From Candidatus Moanibacter sp. (GTDB lineage Bacteria; Verrucomicrobiota; Verrucomicrobiia; Opitutales; UBA2987), in contig CBDCEW010000079.1 in the NCBI GenBank assembly GCA_965215885.1, forward strand, positions 25,926 through 89,925: DNA of 64,000 nucleotides, in the 5' to 3' direction. The position numbers were made by a program, and so were the translations under genes. Shown piece by piece: positions 18,141-28,200 of the stretch; the first letter of the stretch is position 1, and every line of letters begins with the position of its first letter. The notes under the pieces are model-generated. The model was given only the letters and a program-made list of their open reading frames with translations. It did no database searches and was not told the origin of the DNA.

Positions 18141-20438
18141 ATGGACCCGCAGCCCGATCAGAACAATTACGCTTTGATCGAACGTTATCTCGATCAGCCG
18201 GCAGTGATGCCGAAAGAGATCAGGGCTCATCTCGAAGCTGCCTGGAACGATCAGCCGGTGCAGCTCTATGCCCTCGCCGATCTCAACGAGTCGTTCATTC
18301 TCACGCGCACCTGGGTCGCGCTCGGTCCGGAGCATGTCGCCATCCTGGGAGAGGGTAGCGGGGCAAAAGACTTTCATCTTTCCACGTTCCCTCGCTCTCG
18401 GGTGCGCGAGATTCGGGAACAGTCGGGACTGAGCAACACGGTAGTGACCCTGATGGATAATGATAGCGACCACGCCCTTGCCGTGATCCGCTACACGCAT
18501 CGGCAGCGCGACGCTATGGGTCCCATTCTGTTTCTCCTCAAACAGCAGGGGGCCACAAGAGCGCTTACCAGAGAGGAGGGCGATGACCTCTACGCCTCGT
18601 CCATGGCAAAAGGGATTAAGAAGGCGCAATCGTCGGTGACGGGAAACCGTCTGGATGTCTTCTGGCGCTTGGCGGCGTTCTTAAAGCCCTACTGGAAGCG
18701 CTTCACCGTCGGTGTCGTCAGCGCACTATTCTTAACTGCGTTAAGTCTGACTCCACCGTATTTGACAGGTTACCTCTTAGATGACGTCCTCCTGGCCTTC
18801 GCCGACGGACAGCTTTCAATCGAAAAGGCCTACCGCCTCGGGTGGATTGTCCTCGCCGTTATTGTCGTCGTTTACATTCTGCGCGAGATTCTCCTGTGGC
18901 TGCGGCTGCGAATGATGACTCTTGTAGGTGAGAAGGTTGCACGCGACCTCCGTACCGCGGTCTATGACCACCTGCACAAGCTGAGCGTGAATTATTTCTC
19001 GCATCACCATACCGGAAGTATCGTGAGCAGGGTCAGTTCCGATACCGATCGTATCTGGGACTTTATCGCATTCGGCCTGGCCGAACTCACCCTCTCCCTT
19101 CTCATGGTTCTGGGCATCGGAGGTGTCCTCATCGTTCTGGATTGGCAACTCGGCCTCGCCGTGACGCTCCCGGTTCCCGTCATCTTCTTTGGCATCTACC
19201 GGATGGGGCAAGGATTGCGCAGGCGTTTCCTCCGGATGTGGCATAAGTGGTCGGAAATGACAGCGGTAATTTCGGATACGATTCCGGGTATCCGGGTTGT
19301 TAAAGCATTCAACCAGGAAGACTTTGAAAGGGAGCGCTTCGGCAAGCGCAATAGAGGTATCACCGAGGAGGCCTATGGGGTGATCAACTTATGGACGACA
19401 GCCTGGCCGATCATCTATTTCGGCTTGAGTCTGATGATGGTCATTGTCTGGGCGCTGGCGCTGCCCAGACTGCTGGGAGACGGCTCTGCAGAGAGCGTGA
19501 GTCTGACACCCGGACTCTTTGTAACCTTTCTCCTCTACCTCGGGCTCTTTATCGCTCCAATCGAGAGCTTCGGGTTCCTGACGCGAATGATCAATAGATC
19601 CCTCAGTTCAGCTCACCGAATCTTTGAGGTCCTTGATACGGAACCCGAAGTCGTCGAGGCGGCAGACAGCATAACGCTTGATCCGGTCAATGGGCGCATT
19701 GAATTCGAGGAAGTGTCGTTTGGATACGATCCGGTACGTCAGATCGTGAGCGATATCACCTTCGATGTGGCGCCTGGTGAAATGATCGGCCTCGTTGGCC
19801 CGTCCGGCGCCGGAAAAACAACCATCATAAACCTCATCGCCCGCTTCTACGATGTGAATTCCGGTCGCATTCTCATCGACGGGGTGGACCTCCAGGATCT
19901 GGATTTGGGAAGTTACCGGCAACAGATCGGAATGGTCATGCAGGACCCCTACCTCTTCAACGGAAGTGTTCTCGATAATATTCGATACGGGATCCAGGAG
20001 GTGGAAATTGAGAAGGTCATTGACGCGGCTCGCGCCGCCAACGCTCACGATTTTATCTGCAGGATGCCTCAGGGCTATGACACTGTGGTCGGAGAACGGG
20101 GTCATACTCTAAGTGGAGGCGAGAGACAGCGGGTCTCTATCGCGCGCGCCGTGCTCCACGATCCCAGGATTCTCATACTCGACGAAGCGACGAGCAGCGT
20201 AGACACAGAGACCGAGCGCAAGATACAGGAAGCTCTCGAGCGACTGGTTGAAGGCCGCACCGTGATCGCCATCGCTCACCGCCTCTCTACGCTACGAAAG
20301 GCCGACCGGCTCTTTGTTATGAAAGAGGGTAAGCTTGTCGAGCAGGGTCAGCATTCCGAACTTCTCGCCAATGCAGACGGCGTCTACCGGCGTCTGCACG
20401 ATCTCCAGCAGGAGCTACAAGAAATGTACGCCGTCTAA
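18141..20438 (+). CDS. ABC exporter (fused TMD-NBD) with ~170-aa N-terminal extension, DUF1854-associated type
   Basis: TM domain, Walker A GPSGAGKTT, signature LSGGERQR, Walker B ILILDEATS, H-loop IAHRLST. Confidence 0.92.
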   Translation: MDPQPDQNNYALIERYLDQPAVMPKEIRAHLEAAWNDQPVQLYALADLNESFILTRTWVALGPEHVAILGEGSGAKDFHLSTFPRSRVREIREQSGLSNTVVTLMDNDSDHALAVIRYTHRQRDAMGPILFLLKQQGATRALTREEGDDLYASSMAKGIKKAQSSVTGNRLDVFWRLAAFLKPYWKRFTVGVVSALFLTALSLTPPYLTGYLLDDVLLAFADGQLSIEKAYRLGWIVLAVIVVVYILREILLWLRLRMMTLVGEKVARDLRTAVYDHLHKLSVNYFSHHHTGSIVSRVSSDTDRIWDFIAFGLAELTLSLLMVLGIGGVLIVLDWQLGLAVTLPVPVIFFGIYRMGQGLRRRFLRMWHKWSEMTAVISDTIPGIRVVKAFNQEDFERERFGKRNRGITEEAYGVINLWTTAWPIIYFGLSLMMVIVWALALPRLLGDGSAESVSLTPGLFVTFLLYLGLFIAPIESFGFLTRMINRSLSSAHRIFEVLDTEPEVVEAADSITLDPVNGRIEFEEVSFGYDPVRQIVSDITFDVAPGEMIGLVGPSGAGKTTIINLIARFYDVNSGRILIDGVDLQDLDLGSYRQQIGMVMQDPYLFNGSVLDNIRYGIQEVEIEKVIDAARAANAHDFICRMPQGYDTVVGERGHTLSGGERQRVSIARAVLHDPRILILDEATSSVDTETERKIQEALERLVEGRTVIAIAHRLSTLRKADRLFVMKEGKLVEQGQHSELLANADGVYRRLHDLQQELQEMYAV

Positions 20439-20582
20439 TCGCCTGCGTATGTGTTTATCGTGATGGATCACCATTCGACAGACGTACCTCTTTCTTGGTT
20501 ATTCGGGGACCCCTTACCGGATACAGTACGAAAGCCTTTTCAAGCATCACGCTAAACACAAACGCAGGCGATTAGAGCAGCC

Positions 20583-21056
20583 ATGAAAACAGACCCCGAT
20601 TCACTCCAGATCGAGTTGGATCCCAGTGGCTCCCTCGTTCTGCTGAGGGATGGAGAGCGGGTTTCCGTTAACCTGCACCTCTGCTTTCCCTGGTCGCAAC
20701 CCGAGAAGTTTCTCTCCCTTCGCGACAGCGACGGGGAAGAGGTGGCATTCCTTCCAAATCTGGACGGACTCACGAACGACGTCAGGGAGGTAGTTGCGGC
20801 AGCTCTCAAAGCATCGCGTTTCACTTTGGTTATAACTGAGATCGAATCGATTCAAATGGATTTCGAACTCCGCGTCTGGAAAGTCGATACCCTTCAGGGA
20901 AAACGCACCTTTCAGACTCGACTGGAGGACTGGCCAATCGATTTACCTGATCAGAGCATCGTTATCCGCGACCTCGCCGGCGATCTCTACCATATCCCCG
21001 ATCCGGAACAGCTCGACAAAAAATCCTACCAACGGCTCTGGGCCTTCCTCGAGTAG
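20583..21056 (+). CDS. DUF1854 family protein
   Basis: CFPWSQPEKFLSLRD...WKVDTLQGKRTF...IRDLAGDLYHIPDPEQLD pattern; directly follows the ABC exporter, as usual for this family. Confidence 0.8.
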   Translation: MKTDPDSLQIELDPSGSLVLLRDGERVSVNLHLCFPWSQPEKFLSLRDSDGEEVAFLPNLDGLTNDVREVVAAALKASRFTLVITEIESIQMDFELRVWKVDTLQGKRTFQTRLEDWPIDLPDQSIVIRDLAGDLYHIPDPEQLDKKSYQRLWAFLE

Positions 21057-21147
21057 GAATCTGTCGAGTAGAGGTCTTCGCAACATTCCGGTGCTCTCGA
21101 TTTAGAAGTGCCCGATGTACATTCCGGCGAAGTGCGACAGATTCCTA
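21054..21147. repeat. MITE family with taggaatctgtcg / cgacagattccta termini; also 52001-52067, half sites 7798-7812 and 47539-47552, and a split copy 9590-9602 / 14596-14611
   Basis: Shared 13-15-bp TIRs bounded by TA; two copies begin on the TAG stop codon of the upstream gene. Confidence 0.85.
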
Positions 21148-21339
21148 CAGCCACTTGCGGCCGAAGAGGATCGGGACGGATTTACCTTTGATGCCCATTA
21201 GCGTTTGCACCTCTTAAGATTCTTTCCAATAATCTCTTTAAGTATGCCGCCGCACTTCCCGCCTCATCCGACCCGATTTCCTCTTCCTGGGATTAAAGGC
21301 TCTACAGACAGCCAGAGAGTTGCCTTCCATTCAGTTGGC

Positions 21340-24235
21340 ATGAAAGCCCCTCCCAATGGCCGTTACCGGGAGGGAATAATTCAGTTTCGCAAATACGGGC
21401 GCCGGTTTGAGAAAGTCAAAAGTCGGCTCGAACGCAGAATCGCTGCCGGCACCTTTTACAGACTGCCAGTTGGGACCCAGCGCTACCTGATTCGCAGATA
21501 TCATGCGCTGAAGGCCAAGCTGGAACGACTTGGGGTTCGCCTACTGAAACTCGGTGGAATCGCAGCCTTAAGTCTCGCCTTTGCCGCTTCTCAGACCCAT
21601 GCCGGCGCCCCGAATCCATTGGAGCTTTCCGCTCTGGATGGGAGCAACGGCTTTGTCATTAACGGCATCGACAGCAATGACTTCTCCGGTTATTCAGTCA
21701 GCAGCGCCGGCGATGTGAACGGGGATGGCTTCGACGACATCATTATCGGGGCCTATCGTGCCAATAGCTTCACCGGAGTAACCTACGTCGTGTTTGGACA
21801 GGCAGGCGGCTTCGAGCCGAGCCTGGAGTTGTCGAGCCTGAATGGGAGTAACGGGTTCAATATTAACGGTATCCAAACCGGAGATGACTCTGGCGCTTCG
21901 GTCAGCGGAGCCGGCGACGTGAACGGGGATGGCTTTGACGACCTCATTGTTGGGGCCCTTAGTGCCGTTCCCCGTGGCAATACGTATGCTGGTGAAAGCT
22001 ACGTGGTGTTTGGGAAAGCAGGAGGCTTCGGGCCGAGCCTGGAGTTGAGGAGCCTGGATGGGAGTAACGGCTTCGTCATTGAAGGCATCGATATCTCCGA
22101 TTATTCGGGCGTTTCGGTCAGCAGTGCCGGCGATGTGAACGGGGATGGCTTCGACGACATCATTATCGGGGGCCTTGGCGCCGATCCGGGCGGCAATGCC
22201 CTCGCGGGAGAAAGCTACGTCGTGTATGGGAAAGCAGGCGGCTTTGTGGCCAGCATGGAGTTGTCGAGCCTGAATGGGAGCAACGGTTTCGTCATGAACG
22301 GTATCGACGTCCGCGATTATGCAGGAATTTCGGTTAGCAGTGCCGGCGATGTGAACGGCGACGGCTTTGACGACCTCATTATCGGCGCCTCCGGGGCCGA
22401 TCCCGGCGGCAAGGACTTCGCCGGAGAAAGCTACGTGGTATACGGGAGGGCAGGCGGCTTCGGGGCCGTCTTGGAGTTGTCGAGCCTGAATGGGAGCAAC
22501 GGCTTTGTCATCAACGGCATCGACTCCGATGATTATTCCGGCCGTTCTGTGAGCGGGGCCGGCGATGTAAACGGAGATGGCTTCGACGACCTCATTATCG
22601 CCGCCTACCGAGCCGACTCCAGCGGGAGGGCAGAAGCGGGAGAGAGCTACCTGGTGTTTGGTAAGGCAGGCGGCTTCGGGGCCAGCCTCGAGTTGTCCAG
22701 CCTGGACGGAAACAACGGCTTTAACATTAACGGTATCGACACCAATGATTATTCCGGCCGTTCCGTCAGCATTGCCGGCGATGTGAACGGGGATGGCTTC
22801 GACGACCTCATTATCGGCGCCTATCTTGCCGGCCCCGGCGGCAGGTCGGGAGCGGGAGAAAGCTACCTGGTGTTTGGCAAGGCAGGCGGCTTCGGGGCCA
22901 GCCTGGAGTTGTCGAGCCTGGACGGGAGCAACGGCTTCGTCATTAACGGCATCGACTCGCTTGACACTTCCGGCACTTCGGTGAGCAGTGCGGGGGATGT
23001 GAACGGGGACGGCTTCGACGACCTCATTATCGGCGCCCCTCGTGCCGATCCCGACGGCAGGTCGGGAGCAGGAGAAAGCTACGTGGTCTTTGGCGAGAAT
23101 TTTACCGGCGGGCTGCAGAACCAGACCGTTACGTTTGATCCGATCGGGGCTGCCACTTATGGGACCGACAGGATTACCCTGAGTGGGACGGCTTCAAGCG
23201 GGCTGCCGGTGACGTTTACCGTCGTGTCGGGTCCCGCATTGCTCAACCCGGACAACTCCCTCAGCCTTACCGGTCCCGGTAGTGTTACGCTGCGGGCCTC
23301 TCAGCAGGGTAATGCAGCATTTAATTCGGCGCCGAATGTGGAGCATAGCTTCACCGTTACCCAGCAAAGTACGGGAGGGGCTTCGTTGCTGGAAGCGGGC
23401 AACGCGAAGTTTGTCAACGACGGCACTTTTTTTCGACGGGAATACCTATAACGGCTTCGAACTGGCCGGGGATACAGGTACGTTCAGCTCAATCGCAGGC
23501 GAGATTACCCGTATCTCATTTCTCGATCGGGACGGAGATCTGATGTTCGCAGAGTTTGGGAGCGACGATCCGAACACCGTTCTGATCATCACGTTCGAGG
23601 AGTTTATGAGTACGTCGGCGGCTTCACCCTATATTCAGCCGACGACTGTTTACGCCCAGGGTCATCCCAGTTTCGAGATTCAGAATTCAACACCATTGAC
23701 GTTTGTCTCCTTTTTCAGCTTGGGAAACGATGTCTTGCGGGTCGACGGGTCATTAATCAAGAGCGATACTTTCGCTGATGCCGTCAACGGGGTGGCGGAA
23801 ATCCAGTCACTTACTATCAATGACGGATCGACCGCCATCGGCGGGATCAATGCTGCCAATGCAAATATTACCGGGTCCGCCGGTGTTCTCGGCATTAATG
23901 CACCTGATCTGTCCGTGGGAGTATTTCTCTTAGTGGGAGATCTCACTCCCTCCGGCACAGCCATGCCCAGGCTTCGGATAAGCCCGGATTCGACGATTGA
24001 CGGCCTCTTAATCACGGGCGGCGATCTCGCGGAAGCTATCGGTGCTTTCCAGATCGACACCAACGGTGTGGTTTATTCGTTCCCGATCACCGCGACAGAC
24101 GGCCAAAGATCGATCAGCAATGCACCCTTGCGTCCTGATCTTGGTGACGGAAGTCTTCCGCCCGTTACCAACACTTTTGTAACGAATCCGGATGATTTCT
24201 TCGTCACCGATGGGATCAATGTGGGCGGGCCTTAG
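21340..24235 (+). CDS. FG-GAP (integrin-alpha-like) 7-blade beta-propeller surface protein with an Ig-like domain and an Opitutus-type C-terminal domain; frameshifted at a T7 run
   Basis: 7 x GDVNGDGFDD repeats. ORFs 21340-23451 and 23282-24235 fuse in frame (DGTFFDGNTYN) if one T is removed from 23427-23433. Confidence 0.85.
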
Positions 24236-24467
24236 CCCGGACAATTCACACACTTCGTAGCGAGACTGCGTAGATTGCTGTGTCCCAATGCCTTTCAGCA
24301 GTACGGCGGGCGAAAGCGTGTTGGAACCCTCTGAGGTCGTCGGGCAAGGGAAGGCTTTGGTACACGGTGAGATCCGCGGTTGTAGTAGAAGGTTTGTGAA
24401 ATGTTCGGGCTATTCGTTGCCGGCGCCCCGAATCCCTTGAGGCTTTCGGACTCAGGTCTTCGCGACA

Positions 24468-25008
24468 TCCCGTAGCCGGACGACTTCGTCGTTCGGTTCA
24501 TCGGAGTTCTACGATCGACCAGATTTCGACAAAGTTCGCGACAAAGCTTACGACAACGATCTCAAGATCTCTTTCTACCACCAAGATTCGAATCATCCTC
24601 AAGCCAGACTCCGTCTGCGACTCTACCACTCTGCTATCCTTCCACGGGCGATAGCCCATCCTTCAACAATCGATCAGCGAAATCTCAAGCGTAATCTAAG
24701 GTCGACAAAGCTCGCGATCCCGCTCAGCGGGATTGACGACGAATATCGGTAGCCGCGTCGGCAACGGCGCGGTCTCCCTCTCCATGCCAGATCCACCCTT
24801 CCTCTTTGTCCCGGCTTGCCGCGATCTTGGCGAGAGTTTCTCCTCATCCGCTGCCGTCCTTTCATCGGTTGCCAATCATAAGAAGAACCGACGAAGTTAA
24901 CGACCCGTCTCCGCTACGCTGCGCCGTGGCAGGCGAGGCTTACGACAAGGTTAGAAGAGTATCTTGGACAGAGCAGAGATCCCGTAGCCGGACGACTTCG
25001 TCGTTCGG
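24468..25008 (+). repeat. Two direct copies of a GTAG-type REP (gtagccggacgacttcgtcgttcgg) at 24472-24496 and 24984-25008
   Basis: Identical ~30-bp direct repeats: GTAG followed by a hairpin. Confidence 0.75.
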
Positions 25009-25293
25009 ATCAATCGAACGGCGTTCTGGATCAATGTGAAGATGGAAGTGACCAACACCCAGTACACCCTCCGAAGCCTTGGCGTAGGAGGGCAGCAACC
25101 AGCATTCGGAGGAGACAGACAACGGACAGTTCAGTCCGCATTCGCAAAGACCTGATAACGTTTGCAAATGATAGCAACCTGACTAACTTTCCCGAAAAGA
25201 CTGCCGCACTCCCCACCTCACCCGCCCCGACTCCCTTTTCCCGAGATCAATCGTTCTACGGTCCACCACACAGATACCTTCCCATCTGTCGGT

Positions 25294-28200
25294 ATGCCCC
25301 CTCCCAATCGGCGTTACCGGGAGGGATTCACCCAATTCCGTAAATACAATCGCCGGTTTGAGAAACTCAAAAGTCGGCTCGAACGCAAATTAGCTGCCGG
25401 CACCTTTTACCGACTGCCCCCCGGGACCCGGCGCTACCTGATCCGCAGATACCATGCGCTGAAGGCCAAGCTGGAACGACTCAGGGTTCTCCTGCTGAAA
25501 CTTGGTGGAATAGCTGCCCTGAGTCTCGCCTTCGCCGCTTCTCAGACCTATGCCAACGCCCCTAATCCATTGGAGCTGTCGAGTCTGGACGGGAGCAACG
25601 GCTTCGTCATCAATGGCATCGACTCCTTTGATGAATCCGGCCGTTCAGTCAGCAGTGGAGGGGACGTGAACGGCGATGGTTTCGACGACCTCATTGTCGG
25701 GGCCTATCGTGCCGATCCTGGCGCAATTAGCGGTGCGGGAGAAAGCTACGTGATCTTTGGGAGGGCTGGCGGCTTCGCGGCGAGCCTCGGATTATCAAGC
25801 CTGAATGGGAGCAACGGCTTCGTCAGCAATGGCGTCGCCTCCATTAATTATTCTGGCCGTTCACTCAGCAGTGCAGGCGATGTGAACGGCGACGGCTTCG
25901 ACGACCTCGTCATCGGAGCCATTTTTGCCGGCCCCGGCTATAGCCGTGCCGGAGAGAGCTACGTGGTGTTTGGACAGGCAGGAGGCTTGGGGACGAGTCT
26001 GGAGTTGTCGAGCCTAGACGGGAATAACGGCTTCGTCATCAGAGGCATCGACGTTGATGACTTCTCAGGCAGTTCGGTCAGCAGTGCGCGTGACGTGAAC
26101 GGAGATGGCTTCGATGACCTTATAATCGGCGCTCGGGGTGCCGACCCCGGCGCAAATAGCCGGGCGGGAGAAAGCTACGTGGTGTTTGGACAGGCGGACG
26201 GCTTCGGGGCCAACCTGGAGCTGTCGAGTCTGGATGGGAGCAACGGCTTCGTCATCAGAGGCATCGACGTTGATGATTATTCTGCCTATTCGGTCAGCAG
26301 TGCGGGGGACATAAACGGAGATGGCTTCGACGATCTCATCATCGGCGCTTGGGGTGCCGACCCCGGCGGCAAAATTCGTGCGGGAGAAAGCTACGTGGTA
26401 TTTGGGAAGGAGGGCGGCTTCGAAGCCAGCCTGGGGTTGTCCAGTATCGATGGAAGTAACGGCTTCGTCATTAACGGCATCGACTTCAGTGACTTTTCTG
26501 GCTTTTCGGTCAGCTGTGCGGGGGACGTGAACGCGGATGGTTTCGACGACCTCATTATCGGAGCGTGGCAGGCCAATCCCGGAGGCAACATTGATGCAGG
26601 AGAGAGCTACGTGGTGTTTGGGAAGGCGGGCGGCTTCGGGGCGAGCCTAGAGTTGTCCAGTCTGGATGGGAGTAACGGCTTCGTCATTAACGGCATCGAA
26701 CATAATGATTATTCCGGGCATTCGGTCAGCAGTGCGGGGGACATGAACGGAGACGGCTTCGATGACGTCATTATCGGCGCTTTTGGTGCAGAACCAGGCG
26801 GCGTTTTCCGTGAGGGAGAAAGCTACGTGCTGTTTGGGAAGGCGGGCGGCTTTGGGCCGAATCTGGAATTGTCCAGTATCGATGGAAGCAACGGCTTCGT
26901 CATTAACGGCATCGACTGGGATGATCTTTCCGGCTTTTCGGTCAGCTGTGCGGGGGACGTGAATGGGGATGGCTTCGACGACGTCATTATCGGCGCCTTC
27001 GGTGCAGATCCAGGCGGCAACGACCTCGCCGGCGAAAGCTACGTCATCTTCGGCGGGAATTTCACGGGCGGCGCTGAGACTCAGGTAGGCGACGAGACCG
27101 ACAATACGCTCACCGGCACCGCAAGCGACGATGTCCTGATCGGCGCTCAGGGTAGCGACACGCTCGTCGGTGCCGGCGGGGCGGACGTGCTCCGAGGCGG
27201 TGAAGGCGACGACGTGCTGGCGATTTCAGACCTGAATTTCCGCAGAATCGTCGGAGGCAATGGCATGGACACTTTGCGGTTGGACGGGAGTGGCATCACG
27301 CTCGATCTGACGACAATTGCCGACAATCGCATCACCGGGGTCGAACTGATCGATATCAGGGGCTCGAGTCCCAACACCATGATTTTGGACCAACAAGAAG
27401 TGCTGAATCTCTCTAACGAATCGAATACCCTAATGGTATTGGCTTCGGCGGATGACACGGTGAACATCGGCTCCGGCTGGACCCTCGATGGCCTCCTATC
27501 TGTCGGCGGAACCCTCTTTAGCGTCTACAGGCAAGGTGCGGCAACTCTCATGGTCGCAGGGAAGCTACAGCTAAGCGATCTTCTCACAGGCGATGGGAGG
27601 GTCGGCTTTGTCATAAGCGGCATCAACATTTATGATGGTTCTGGCGATTCGGTGAGCAGTGCCGGAGACGTCAATGGTGATGGCTTCGACGACCTTATCG
27701 TGGGAGCGCCTTTCGCAAATAGTGCCACAGGCGAAAGCTACGTGGTGTTTGGCAATGCGACCGGCTTTGGGGCCAACCTGGAATTATCGAGCCTAAATGG
27801 CTCCAACGGGTTCACAATCACCGGAATCGACTCCTACGATCAATCCGGTCGTTCGGTGAGCGGAACTGGTGATTTGAATGGAGATGGCTTCGACGACCTC
27901 ATTATTGGCGCCTACGCGGCAGAACCGGGAAACAATAATACTCGTCCGGGGGAGAGTTACGTTCTGTTTGGGAAAGCAAATGGCTTCTCCACAAACCTCG
28001 CTCTTTCGAGCTTGAACGGGAGCAACGGCCTAGTCATCAACGGCGTCGACTCAGGCGATAATTCAGGCCGTTCGGTCAGCAACGCTGGGGATATAAACGG
28101 TGACGGCTTCGATGATTTCATTATCGGTGCTCCTTTTGCCGGTCCCTCTTACGGCGATCCTGATGGCAACGTCCGAAGCGGAGAAAGCTATGTGGTTTTC

